From Rebecca billardiae RCC1528 (Eukaryota > Protista > Haptophyta): 64,000 nucleotides of DNA. Below the pieces are notes generated by a model. That model had not been told where the DNA came from. It did no database searches and saw only the letters and a program-made list of their open reading frames with translations. Positions 1 through 9,716 of the stretch are shown piece after piece (positions within the stretch are counted from its first letter, which is position 1; each line of letters begins with the position of its first letter). A program made the position numbers and the translations under genes. The DNA is taken from contig OZ251240.1 of assembly GCA_965240325.2 (NCBI GenBank), positions 372,001 through 436,000 of the forward strand. Direction: 5' to 3'.

Positions 1-2
1 CG

Positions 3-400
3 ATGCGCCGCACGCGCTCGGCGCAGTCGCTCACGGCCGGCATGTCGCCCGCGCTCACCGACGGCCCGGTCTCCCTCCGCCGCTCCTTCTCCGTCTCCTA
101 CTCCATGTCCAACCAGACGGCGGACGCGGCCGCGCTGCTGCCAAAGGTTGCGCTCTCTCCGCTGCACCGGATGCAGACGTCGCGCCGGCTCTCGGCGGCG
201 GCGTTGGAGCGGCCGCAGGGGCTGGAGGAGGGCGCGCAGAACGGCGCGCGCGGGGGCTCGTCCCCGCTCAGCCCGCGGCCGCAGGGCATCCTCCGCCGAT
301 CCGGCGGCTCCTCGCCCGCGCTCGCGAGCGCGCTCTCGAGTGCCGCCGCCGCCGCGTCCGGCGCTCCGGCCTCTCCGAGCGCGCCGCGCCACGTGACCAT

Positions 401-478
<78 letters not shown>

Positions 479-1352
479 GGGCCCCACCGACGGCAGCGGC
501 ATCGTCAACATGGACGAGGACCTGCTCGGGAGCGGCCCCGAGGCGGCGGCCGCGTGGCGCGGGCGCACGCCCGTGGAGCGCCTCTTCTCGGTGCTCAGCC
601 CGCACACGCTGCTCATGGGCGTGGGCAGCGCGCTGCTGCTGCGCGCGACGGTGTACAACCTGCGCGGGCAGATGCGGATGGTCGGCTCCATCGCGCTCGT
701 CGACCGCGGCTCGGTCTCCGCCTCCTCCGCCGTCGGCATCGCCCTCCTCTGGATCGCCCTCACCCGGTACTACGAGTGGGCGCCTGCGCTCTACACGTTC
801 ACGCACACGATGCGGCGCGCGGTCAAGAACTCGCTCACGCTGATGCTCGCCGTGCTGCCGATCTTCCTGGGGTACGCGCTCGCGGGGACGGTGCTCTTCT
901 CCGACTCGACGGGCGCGTTCCGCGGCTTCTCCACCTCGTGCGTCACGCTCTGGGCCATGTGCGCAGGCGACGAGGTGAACGAGGACTTCCGGCAGGTGTA
1001 CGCGGCGCGGCCGGTCGCAGGCCGCGTGTACATGTACACGTTCACGATGGTCTTCTACTTCACGTGCGCGAACATCTTCGTGTTCCTGATCGAGGCGGCG
1101 CACTACGCGGCGCTGCGCGACATCTTCACCGCGTCGGGCTCGCTCGCCGTGCGCCAGCTCCTCGACAAGGACGGCGACCCGGGCGAGGCCTCGACGGCGG
1201 ACACCGTGCCGCACGCCGAGCTCAACCACCACCGGCTCACGACCGACGCCTCGCCCAGCTCGCTCATGCGCATCGAGCACATGATGCTCGCGCAGCAGCG
1301 CATGCTGGTCGAGCTGCTGCAGGCGCAGCGCTCGCCCGACGCCCGGCGCTGA
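3..1352 (+). CDS. Mucolipin/polycystin (TRPML-like) cation channel, C-terminal part; 5' end probably lies before the window
   Basis: S4-S5-pore-S6 signature typical of mucolipins: GIALLWIALTRYYEW, LPIFLGYALAGTVLF, FSTSCVTLWAMCAGDEVNEDF, GRVYMYTFTMVFYFTCANIFVFLIEAAH. Contains a poly-Gly tract. Confidence 0.75.
401..477 (+). repeat. (GGC)n coding microsatellite (poly-Gly)
   Basis: About 25 GGC codons with one GGT interruption. Confidence 0.95.
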
Positions 1353-1452
1353 GCGCGCGCGCCCGTGATAGTGATACAATTCGTCCGCGCTGCTCATGCC
1401 CGTGAGTGGCGTGAGTGGCAGTTTGGGGGCCCAATATTAATGTCCAGCAAAG

Positions 1453-1811
1453 ATGCTCTGTCACTCACTGTTCCATGGGTTTGCATCGTCATCGTGGTCC
1501 GGGCGGTGAGCACGGGTTTTCCCGATGGCGGCCGAGGTTCATGCATGGTCGCCGCCGCCATCGGCCAGCCCGCTGCGCCGCGCGCCGGCTGCTTCGTCGC
1601 GAGTGCTCGACGGAGCGCGCTGCTATTACGCGCGCCGGTGCACCGGCGCGGCGCGTGCCGTCGCCAACGGCGCGGCGCGCTCGTGCTCCGCCCGAGGAGG
1701 GGGCCAAAAACTTGGTCACCTCCCACTCTGTTGACTTGTGTGGCTCCTGTGAGGATCCACACGCGTCACCCGGCCTCTCCCACCCCTCTGTTGGGTCTGT
1801 GTGCGCACGCG
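1453..1811 (+). repeat. 5' terminal direct repeat of the YR retrotransposon
   Basis: ATGCTCTGTCACTCAC...GTGTGCGCACGCG, identical by eye to 6833-7191 (offset 5380). Confidence 0.95.
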
Positions 1812-1958
1812 GGAATAGCCCGCGTGCCGGGGCCATACCTCCCACTGGGAGGGCGTACACTTAAAGAGCGTAGCTTATGGCTGCGCTCTACAAGCTACCT
1901 CCCCGCCGGCCTCCTGCCGGCGAAGCTCTTCTCTCCGTCGAAGAGGCGCTCGGGGATC

Positions 1959-3305
1959 ATGTCCGCCAAGCGCACCACCCCTCCTACTCCTGCCGCTGGC
2001 GACGAGCGCGGCGAGAACCAGGAGGAAATGATTGCAGGCGTGCGCGCGACGACGGACGCGCGCGTGCCACCCGCGGGCCAGGCGCGCCGGAGCGCGCGCC
2101 TGGGCACCGGCCCCAAGACCAACGCCGAGACCGGCGACGCCGCGCGCGGCGGCGTCTCCGGCGCTCCTCCGCGCTCCACGGCGCGCGCTGCGGCGCGCGC
2201 TGCGGGCTCGGCCGCGGCGCGCGACGACGACGACGGCGACGGCGGCGGCGACGACGACGAGGACTGCTCTGGCCTCGAGGGCGACGAGGGCGGAGACGCG
2301 GACGGGGACGGCGATGGCGGTCGGCCGCCGGCACCGGACCCACTGCGCCGCGCCGCTCTGCCCGGCGCTTCGCCCCGGGCCGGCTCCGGCCTTGAGCGTC
2401 TCTCCGAGCAGGTTGAGTCGATCGCCACGTCCATGTCGGCCTTTCAGGACGTGATGAGCTCGCTCGTCGAGCGCATGGACGCGCAGGGCGCCGCGATCGA
2501 GGCGCTGCAGACGCGCGAGCAGGACGGCCGCGGCGTCAACTCGGAGGACGAGGCCGGCCGGCGTTACGCCCCGGTCGCCGACAACAACCCGTTCCTCCGC
2601 ACCGTCAACATCCCGGGGGGCCAGAAGGTGAAGCCCCAGCTCTTCACCGAGTACGGCAACTGGGCGATCCAGCGTCTCCACAAGGGTCACGGGGAGCTGC
2701 GCCAGCAGTCGGCGGTTTGCCGCAGCGTCGTGCTCAACTCGTCGTGCCTCTTCTCGCTCTTCAACGCGGAGCGGGAGCTCGAGGCGATCATCGCGGATCT
2801 GAACGTGGGCGAGGAGATCACGGGCGACGACGTGCAGCGCGTGCTCAACACGGTCGACGGCGTTTCCAAGATGCTCCACCGCGCCTACTCGCTCGACTTG
2901 GTGCGCGCGCGCTTCCCGAAGGAGCTCAACGCGGCGCAGCGCGCCGAGCTCGACTTCATCTCCGAGTTCGTCGAGCGCCGGATCGACGCGGCGGACGGGG
3001 TCCCGCTCGACGCCGACGTCGCGCGCGCGCAGGAGGAGTACTTCCGCGCGGCCAAGGCCTCGCACCTGCGCGTGCTGGCGGCGACGGGCCGCGGCTTGGG
3101 CGGCGCCGAGGCCGATGGTGGCTCGGACACGGGCGCGCACTCGGAGCTCGGCGGCGGCGGCGGCCGCCACGGCGGCGGCGGCGCGGGTCGCGGCTCCGGC
3201 CTCCGCGGCCGCGGTGGCGGCGGCGGCGGCGGCGGCTCGGGCCGTGGGGCCGGCGGCGGCGGCAGGGGCGCTGCCGCCGGCGCGCAGCGCGCCTCTCGCA
3301 AGTGA
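1959..3305 (+). CDS. Gag-like ORF1 of the YR retrotransposon
   Basis: First ORF after the 5' repeat (MSAKRTT...). Has an acidic tract, a coiled-coil-like segment (LERLSEQVESIATSMSAFQDVMSSLVERMDAQGAAIEAL) and a Gly/Arg-rich tail. Assigned by position. Confidence 0.7.
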   Translation: MSAKRTTPPTPAAGDERGENQEEMIAGVRATTDARVPPAGQARRSARLGTGPKTNAETGDAARGGVSGAPPRSTARAAARAAGSAAARDDDDGDGGGDDDEDCSGLEGDEGGDADGDGDGGRPPAPDPLRRAALPGASPRAGSGLERLSEQVESIATSMSAFQDVMSSLVERMDAQGAAIEALQTREQDGRGVNSEDEAGRRYAPVADNNPFLRTVNIPGGQKVKPQLFTEYGNWAIQRLHKGHGELRQQSAVCRSVVLNSSCLFSLFNAERELEAIIADLNVGEEITGDDVQRVLNTVDGVSKMLHRAYSLDLVRARFPKELNAAQRAELDFISEFVERRIDAADGVPLDADVARAQEEYFRAAKASHLRVLAATGRGLGGAEADGGSDTGAHSELGGGGGRHGGGGAGRGSGLRGRGGGGGGGGSGRGAGGGGRGAAAGAQRASRK

Positions 3306-5712
3306 GGCGCGGCGAGGGGGCCCGCCGGCGCGGCGCGGTGGCGGGGGTGGCGGTGGCGATCGCTCGCCGCCGCCTCCCCCGCTGCCCCGACGTGCGCGCC
3401 CACTGGGGCGCGACGCCGGGCCGGCGCCGCCCCCTCGCCGCCGGCCGCGCGCGCGCGCGGGCGACTCCCCACTTGGGAGCGCGAGCGCGCGCGGCCGGTC
3501 GCCGACTCCGCGCCCGGCCGTCCGGGCGCGCGAGCGGACGGACGCGACATCGCGCCCGCCCGACCGGCGGAGCCGGCCCCCGTCGTCGGGGGCCGGCTCC
3601 TGGCCCGCCCGCATGGGCTGGCCGCAGCTCGCCCACGGTGGCGACTCGTCATCCCCGCCGGCGCGGCGCGCCCCGACGCCGCCGCCGGCCGTGCGCAGCT
3701 CGCCCAAGCTGCGCCACCGCGTCCGCCGGCAGCTGACCGAATGGCAGCGTGCCGGCGCGTCCCCGCGCGTGCTTCGATGGCTGCGCGAGGGCGTGCGCTG
3801 CCCGTGGCTTCGCGGGCGGCCGCCTCCGCCCTTCCACTTGGGCGAGAGCCTGACGGACGCGACGCCCGAGCAGCTCGCTTTCCTCGAGCAGGAGACCGCG
3901 CGCTGCCTGGCGACGGGCGCGTGGGAGCCGGCGGAGTGCCGCTCACACGTGAGCCGGGCATTCCTCGTGCCCAAGCCCACCCCGCCCGGGGCGCCACCCA
4001 AGTGGCGCCTGGTGGTCGACCTCCGCGCGCTGAACGAGTGGTGCGCGCCGGCCAGCTGCCGCTACGAGTCCCTCCGGCGGCTGCAGCGGCTCGCGCGTCG
4101 AGGCGATTGGATGCTCTCCTTCGACTTGCAGGATGGATACCACGCCATCGGGATCCATCCCGAGCACCGGCGCTACTTCACGTTCAGCCTGCCGGGCCCC
4201 GACGGCGCGCCGCGCTACTTCCAGTGCGCGGCGCTGCCCTTCGGCTGGAACCTCAGCCCGTACGTCTTCACCAAGGTGATGCGCGTGATGGTGCAGCAGC
4301 TGCGTTCGCCGCGCGCGGCGCCGCGCGTGTCTCAGCGCGCGGGCGCGCTGAGCGCGGCGGCGCGCGCGCTGCTGCGGCGCGTCCGATGGCGCGACCCGGC
4401 GGCGCGCGGGATGCGGGTGCTGCCGTACGTGGACGACTTCCTCATCGTCGCCCCCTCCCGCGACAGCTGCCTCGCGTGTCGGCGCTTCGTCCAGCAGCTG
4501 CTCGACCGGCTCGGCCTTGTCCGCCATCCGGACAAGGGCTTCTGGGAGCCGACGCAGCGGCTCGAGCACCTCGGCATCGAGGTGGACACCGCGCGTGGCC
4601 TCTTCCTCGTGCCGCCGCGCAAGCAGCAGCAGATCGCAGCCCAGGCTCGCGAGCTGCTCTGCGTCGCCGCGAGCCGCCGCCGGCTCGTCTCGGCGATCCA
4701 GCTGTCCTGCCTGGTGGGCCGCGCTCAGTCGGTGCACCTCGCGTGCCCGGCCGCGCGCTTCTACCTGCGCGAGCTGCACACGGTCATCGCGTCCCGCGCG
4801 TCGTGGGGCTCGCTCGTGCGGCTCACACGGCAGGCGCTGCGCGACCTCCGCTGGTGGGCGGCGTTGCCCACCGCGGCGGTGAGCCGGGCGATCTGGCGCT
4901 CGCCGGCCGAGGTCACCTTGCACTGCGACGCGAGCCGCCGCGGCTGGGGCGGCATGCTGGAGGAGACCGTGCCCGCGCACGGGTTTTGGACGCCGCGCGA
5001 GCGAGGCCACCACATCACGTACCTCGAGCTTCTCGCGGTACAGCGCTCGCTCGACGCGTTCGTCTCGCGCCTGCGTGGGCGCGCCGTCCTCCTATGGGAG
5101 GACAACCAGGCGGTGCGGCAGATCCTCACGGCGGGCACGTCGCGCTCGCGCGAGTTGATGCGGCTGCTGCGCCGCGTCTGGTGGCTACTCGACTCGGAGG
5201 GCATCGACCTGCGGGTCGAGTACATCCGCTCCGAGGACAACGTCGGGGCGGACTCGCTCAGCCGGCTGCGCGCGGAGGACGAGACGTCGCTGCGCCCGGC
5301 GGCCTTTGCAGCGCTCGAGCGCCGCTGGGGGCCGCACACAATCGATCGCTTCGCGGCGCCGGACAATCGGCTGCTCGCGCGCTGCAACGCGCTGACTCCG
5401 GCGGGCGGCGCGGTCGAGGCGGTGAACGCCTTCTCGCGCGATTGGCGCGGCGAGAACAATTACGTCTTCCCGCCGACGCGGCTGCTCGACCAGGTCGCGC
5501 AGCTGCTCGAGGAGCAGCGCCCCGACGCGACGGTGGTCGCGCCGTACTGGCCCGCGCAAAGCTGGTTTCAGCGCCTCTTCGAGCTCGCTGCCGATCTCGT
5601 GCTGCTGCCGGCCAGCAGCTCGGTGGACGTGCACCCGGCGGCGTCGCCGCGGGTCATGCGGGCGACGCACCTCGCGCCGCTCGCGGTGTTCCGCTTGCGG
5701 CGGCGCGGGTGA
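3115..5712 (+). CDS. Reverse transcriptase - RNase H - Dam-like adenine methyltransferase polyprotein (first in-frame ATG at 3613)
   Basis: RT motifs FLVPK, KWRLVVDLRALN, FDLQDGYHAI, LPFGWNLSP, YVDDFL, LEHLGIEVD. RNase H motifs LHCDASRRGWG, HITYLELLAV, WEDNQAV, NVGADSLSR. DIRS MT domain TIDRFAAPDN, NAFSRDW, YVFPP, VAPYWPAQSWF. Confidence 0.93.
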   Translation: MVARTRARTRSSAAAAAATAAAARVAAPASAAAVAAAAAAARAVGPAAAAGALPPARSAPLASEARRGGPPARRGGGGGGGDRSPPPPPLPRRARPLGRDAGPAPPPRRRPRARAGDSPLGSASARGRSPTPRPAVRARERTDATSRPPDRRSRPPSSGAGSWPARMGWPQLAHGGDSSSPPARRAPTPPPAVRSSPKLRHRVRRQLTEWQRAGASPRVLRWLREGVRCPWLRGRPPPPFHLGESLTDATPEQLAFLEQETARCLATGAWEPAECRSHVSRAFLVPKPTPPGAPPKWRLVVDLRALNEWCAPASCRYESLRRLQRLARRGDWMLSFDLQDGYHAIGIHPEHRRYFTFSLPGPDGAPRYFQCAALPFGWNLSPYVFTKVMRVMVQQLRSPRAAPRVSQRAGALSAAARALLRRVRWRDPAARGMRVLPYVDDFLIVAPSRDSCLACRRFVQQLLDRLGLVRHPDKGFWEPTQRLEHLGIEVDTARGLFLVPPRKQQQIAAQARELLCVAASRRRLVSAIQLSCLVGRAQSVHLACPAARFYLRELHTVIASRASWGSLVRLTRQALRDLRWWAALPTAAVSRAIWRSPAEVTLHCDASRRGWGGMLEETVPAHGFWTPRERGHHITYLELLAVQRSLDAFVSRLRGRAVLLWEDNQAVRQILTAGTSRSRELMRLLRRVWWLLDSEGIDLRVEYIRSEDNVGADSLSRLRAEDETSLRPAAFAALERRWGPHTIDRFAAPDNRLLARCNALTPAGGAVEAVNAFSRDWRGENNYVFPPTRLLDQVAQLLEEQRPDATVVAPYWPAQSWFQRLFELAADLVLLPASSSVDVHPAASPRVMRATHLAPLAVFRLRRRG

Positions 5713-6809
5713 CCCCGCCGCACGTGGCGGGGCCTGCCCCGCGCGTGCCTTGGGCGGCGGCGGCCGCTCGCGCGTGGGCGGCGCAGCTGGGCGACACGCC
5801 GCAAACGGCGTTCGTGCTGGACACGCTCGCGTCCAGCCTGCAGTCCAGCTCGGCTCGCGCATACGGCCGTCACTGGGCGGCCTTTGAGGCGTGGTGCGCG
5901 TCGCAGGCGGACTCGCCTGCGGCGCTGCCTGCCTCGACGGCGACGGTGCTGCGCTACCTCGCGCACATTGGCGCGCGCGGCACGGTCGCGGCGGACAGCC
6001 TGCAGCCGTACCTCTCCGCGATCAACGCGGTGCATCGCGACTTGCTGCTCGAGCGGCCCGCGATCGGCCCGGCAGTGACCCGCTTTCGGCGGGGCCTCGC
6101 CAATCGGCAGCTGCAGGGCGGCCGCGCCGCAGAGCGGGTGTACCTCCCGGCGCGCGTCGTCTCCGAGGCGCTCGACTGGGCGCTGGGTGCGCGCGTGCGC
6201 GTCTCCGCGCGCGATCCGCGGCCTGCGCAGCTTTTCCGCGCTGCGGTCGCGGTGGTGCTCAACTTCGTCTGGTTCGCGCGCTCCGACACGGGCGCCGCGC
6301 TGCGCTGCTCCGACATCGACACGCAGCACGGCGGCATCGCGCTCGTCAACGTGCGCGAGAAGGGGCGCTCGCACCGGCGGCACTCGCGCGTGATCCGCAT
6401 TCCGGAGGGCGCGCTGCCGGACGTGCAGCGCCTGCTGCGCAAGTGGGAGCGCTTGCGCGGGCCGGCGGCTCCCGGCGCGAGCTACTTTGCGCTGCCGTGG
6501 GAGCGCGGGCGCCGCTTCCGCGCTCCCGTGCTGGACGAGTGGCTGCAGCTCGTCCTGCACCACCTCGGGGCACGCGCGCCGCTGGGGCAGAAGTGGACTT
6601 CTCACTCAGCGCGCAAGGGCGCTGCGAGCGCGTCGAGCGCGATCAATGTTGTGCTCGACAAGATCTGCCACATGGGTGGCTGGTCGATCCGCTCGGCTGC
6701 GGTGCACGACTACATCGACCCGACGTGCATCGCTGACGACGCGTGCTGGCGGCTCTTCGGCTGGCTGGCACCGGCGCCGCCCCCGAGGTCTCTTCTTCAT
6801 GGCAACTGA
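5709..6809 (+). CDS. Tyrosine recombinase (YR); the frame stays open back to 3741, overlapping RT
   Basis: N-terminal SAM-like domain (YGRHWAAFEAWC, YLSAINAVH). Catalytic R (FARSDT), K (EKGR), HxxR (SHSARKG), W (MGGWS) and Y (HDYIDP). Confidence 0.92.
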   Translation: MTPPHVAGPAPRVPWAAAAARAWAAQLGDTPQTAFVLDTLASSLQSSSARAYGRHWAAFEAWCASQADSPAALPASTATVLRYLAHIGARGTVAADSLQPYLSAINAVHRDLLLERPAIGPAVTRFRRGLANRQLQGGRAAERVYLPARVVSEALDWALGARVRVSARDPRPAQLFRAAVAVVLNFVWFARSDTGAALRCSDIDTQHGGIALVNVREKGRSHRRHSRVIRIPEGALPDVQRLLRKWERLRGPAAPGASYFALPWERGRRFRAPVLDEWLQLVLHHLGARAPLGQKWTSHSARKGAASASSAINVVLDKICHMGGWSIRSAAVHDYIDPTCIADDACWRLFGWLAPAPPPRSLLHGN

Positions 6810-6832
6810 TGGTCTTAACTGACTGTGGGCAA

Positions 6833-7191
6833 ATGCTCTGTCACTCACTGTTCCATGGGTTTGCATCGTCATCGTGGTCCGGGCGGTGAGCACGGGTTTT
6901 CCCGATGGCGGCCGAGGTTCATGCATGGTCGCCGCCGCCATCGGCCAGCCCGCTGCGCCGCGCGCCGGCTGCTTCGTCGCGAGTGCTCGACGGAGCGCGC
7001 TGCTATTACGCGCGCCGGTGCACCGGCGCGGCGCGTGCCGTCGCCAACGGCGCGGCGCGCTCGTGCTCCGCCCGAGGAGGGGGCCAAAAACTTGGTCACC
7101 TCCCACTCTGTTGACTTGTGTGGCTCCTGTGAGGATCCACACGCGTCACCCGGCCTCTCCCACCCCTCTGTTGGGTCTGTGTGCGCACGCG
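6833..7191 (+). repeat. 3' terminal direct repeat of the YR retrotransposon
   Basis: Identical copy of 1453-1811. Confidence 0.95.
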
Positions 7192-7249
7192 TTTTGGCAG
7201 CAGCAGCTTAGGACGTTTCGATCCACTCAACGGCCGCCGGCTCCCGAGG

Positions 7250-9322
7250 ATGGCTCCCGCCTTGGGATCCGCCGCCCTCCTCCTGCTCGCGGCGGGCGGA
7301 GCCCGTGCCGCGCTGCCTGAAGGGTACTGCGTGGACAACTTTGTCGATGCCGTGGGTGACACCACCACGGTGCGCCCCGCCCCGTCCGAAGGCGCGGCCA
7401 ACCACCTGATCGTGAGCGCCCGGCGCCAAGCGCCGTCCGAGCTCGACCCGCGCAGCAACGAGGAGGCGCAGGCGTACTTCCAGCGCCGGCTCGCGCCCTC
7501 GGCCGTGTTCCTCGCGCTGTGGGCGCTCGCGCTTCTCGCCACGTGCCCGGTGTGCACCTCGCGCCTGTGCTGCTGGATGCGCTGCTGCGCGCCCGACCCG
7601 ACAACCCTTCCGAAGGGCAAGCGCGCGAGGCGCAAGCCGCGCCTCGAGCTCGCGGGCGCGTGGGGCGTGCTGGCGTGCGCGTCCGTCGCGCTCGCGGGCG
7701 TGGGGATCCACTACGCGGGCGGCATCTCCACGGCCATCTCGCTCGGCGCGTGCGAGGCCGTGCAGCTCGCCGACGACGTGCGCGCGCTGATCGGCAAGCT
7801 GAACGAGCGGCTCGACTCGTTTGGCGATGCGGGCGAGGTGGTGGACGAGGTGGTCGAGCTGCTCGAGGGGAGCTCGGCCGGGCTGGTCGGGGACATGGAC
7901 GCGGTGCTCGAGGGGCTGCAGGCCTTCGAGGCCGCCGTGCGCGCGGTCAACATCTCGGGCGCCGAGTGGGCGGAGCAGGACGCGCTCGCTGACGACACGG
8001 CGCAGGCGCGCACCGAGCTGTCGGATGGGCGCGCGGCGGTGGTCGAGCTCAGCGCCGTGCTCGACGAGGCGTCGGACGCGCTCGTGGACAACGCGGACAC
8101 GGTGCGCGACATCGCCGACTCGATCAGCGACCTCACCGTCCAGACGCCGCTCGCGCTCGACCAGCTCGAGCCCTTCGTGCTGCGCGAGCTGATGCCGGTG
8201 CAGCAGCGGCTGTACTGGGGCGCCCTCGGCACGTTTGCGTACGCGCTCGGCGCGGCGCTGCTCGGCGCGCTCGGCGTCGCGCTGCTCGTGCTGCGGCCGG
8301 AGCACCGCGCGACGCCGCACGGGCTGCACTGCGCGTTCTCGTGCCAGTGGGCCTTCGTCCTCGCCGCGCTGCTCGGCGGCGGCGTGCTGATCGCCTTCCC
8401 CCTCCTCCTCGCAGACGCGTGCGCGCTGCTGGACGAGCTGCCGAGCAGCGTGGGCGAGTACGTGCAGGGCGGCGCGGGGGGCGCGCGCGTGGCGGGCGTG
8501 GTCGAGGGGTGCTTCGCACAGCCGCCGCGCAAGATCGTCGACTCGATCGGCATCCTCGACGGCGAGCTCGACCTCGACGCGCTCATCTCCTTCGACGCGC
8601 TCGACGACATCTCCCTCGGCTCCGAGCTGGACTACGACGCGTTTGAGGCCACGCGCGCGCAGGTGGGCGCGCTCGCGTGGACCGACTTTGGGCTCAACAC
8701 GACGCGCGTGCAGCTCGTCGACGCGTGCTGCGAGGGGGAGGGCGTGTGCTGCGGCACGGAGGACACGTGCACGGACGACGACCTGGACAGCTGCTCCTTC
8801 GCCCCCGCCGCGCTCGAGCTCAACGCGTCGGTCAACAGCGCGCTCGACTCCCTGCAGGCAGAGATGGCTGCGCTGGACGCGGACGTGCGCGCGTTCAACG
8901 CGTCTGCGCACGGCGTGCAGGGCGCGCTGCGCGAGGTGGAGGCGCTCACCGAGCCGCTGCGCGAGAGCGTGGGCAGCCTGGACGAGCTGGGCGAGTGCGG
9001 CTTCGTCGCGGACCGCTACTGGGGCGTGCACCGCGCGCTGTGCGGCGTGCTGCTGCCGAGCATCTTCTGGGTGGCGATCGCGCTCTGCGCCGGCGGCGCG
9101 CTCGGCATCGCGCTCGGCGCGCTGCTCCTCGCGATGGCCAAGATGGCGCTCGTGGCCGCAGCGGCGTGGCGCGAGGAGGAGATGCACGAGTACGAGGCGG
9201 ACCGAGGCTCGCCGCCGTACGCTGGGCAGAAGGCCAACCCGCCCCGAGACGACGACGCGTACAGTGATCACTCCGACGGGCTGCAGGCCGAAGATCACCT
9301 CACGGCAAGACTGGGAGCGTAA
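7250..9322 (+). CDS. Multipass membrane protein, Tweety/prominin-like topology
   Basis: Signal peptide MAPALGSAALLLLAAGGARA, about 5 TM helices, Cys-rich segment after TM1 (CCWMRCC), two large helical extracellular loops, conserved-looking CGFVADRYWGVHRALC before the last TM. Confidence 0.55.
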   Translation: MAPALGSAALLLLAAGGARAALPEGYCVDNFVDAVGDTTTVRPAPSEGAANHLIVSARRQAPSELDPRSNEEAQAYFQRRLAPSAVFLALWALALLATCPVCTSRLCCWMRCCAPDPTTLPKGKRARRKPRLELAGAWGVLACASVALAGVGIHYAGGISTAISLGACEAVQLADDVRALIGKLNERLDSFGDAGEVVDEVVELLEGSSAGLVGDMDAVLEGLQAFEAAVRAVNISGAEWAEQDALADDTAQARTELSDGRAAVVELSAVLDEASDALVDNADTVRDIADSISDLTVQTPLALDQLEPFVLRELMPVQQRLYWGALGTFAYALGAALLGALGVALLVLRPEHRATPHGLHCAFSCQWAFVLAALLGGGVLIAFPLLLADACALLDELPSSVGEYVQGGAGGARVAGVVEGCFAQPPRKIVDSIGILDGELDLDALISFDALDDISLGSELDYDAFEATRAQVGALAWTDFGLNTTRVQLVDACCEGEGVCCGTEDTCTDDDLDSCSFAPAALELNASVNSALDSLQAEMAALDADVRAFNASAHGVQGALREVEALTEPLRESVGSLDELGECGFVADRYWGVHRALCGVLLPSIFWVAIALCAGGALGIALGALLLAMAKMALVAAAAWREEEMHEYEADRGSPPYAGQKANPPRDDDAYSDHSDGLQAEDHLTARLGA

Positions 9323-9716
9323 CACTAGCACGACTCGGATGAGCGCCACGAGGCGCAGGCAAACTGCGCGCATCAGTCAGCATCAGGAAGTAGGAACGAC
9401 GAGCAGTACCCCCATAGTAGGCATCGGTCGCGCTGCTCGGAGGGGCTGCCGCGAGCTCTCGCTGCCCAGTTGCTCAGTGAATCAGATATGTCACGCTGTG
9501 GCGAAAAAAAAGGAGCGAAATATAAAAACAAGGGCCGGCCGAGCAAGGGGCCCGGAGGGGTGACGGTTCATTACAGTTTACTAAGAATAAGAGACGCACA
9601 CAGTATTACGTCTTGCCTGAGTTTAGTCACGGCCGTCCAGCCACGGGCCCTCCAGCAAGCGGAATCTCTCGCCCCCTGCATCCAGCCACCGGGCGAACCA
9701 CGGCGCCTCGGACGGC

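Larger units (their letters stand above)
1453..7191 (+). mobile_element. Intact tyrosine-recombinase retrotransposon (DIRS order, PAT/Ngaro-like coding layout)
   Basis: Gag-like ORF, RT-RNaseH-MTase ORF and YR ORF, flanked by identical 359-bp direct repeats at 1453-1811 and 6833-7191. Confidence 0.93.

Noticed and set aside
1453-7191. Ty3/Copia LTR retrotransposon
   Set aside because: No DDE integrase, protease, TG...CA ends, PBS or TSD. It encodes a YR and DIRS-type RT/RNase H/MT instead.
7208-9373. Long antisense and alternate-frame ORFs, also 1875-4001, 11339-13036, 30312-33494, 42105-44693 and others
   Set aside because: Shadow ORFs expected from very high GC and codon bias. They are Arg/Ala/Gly-rich, have no motifs and overlap well-supported genes.
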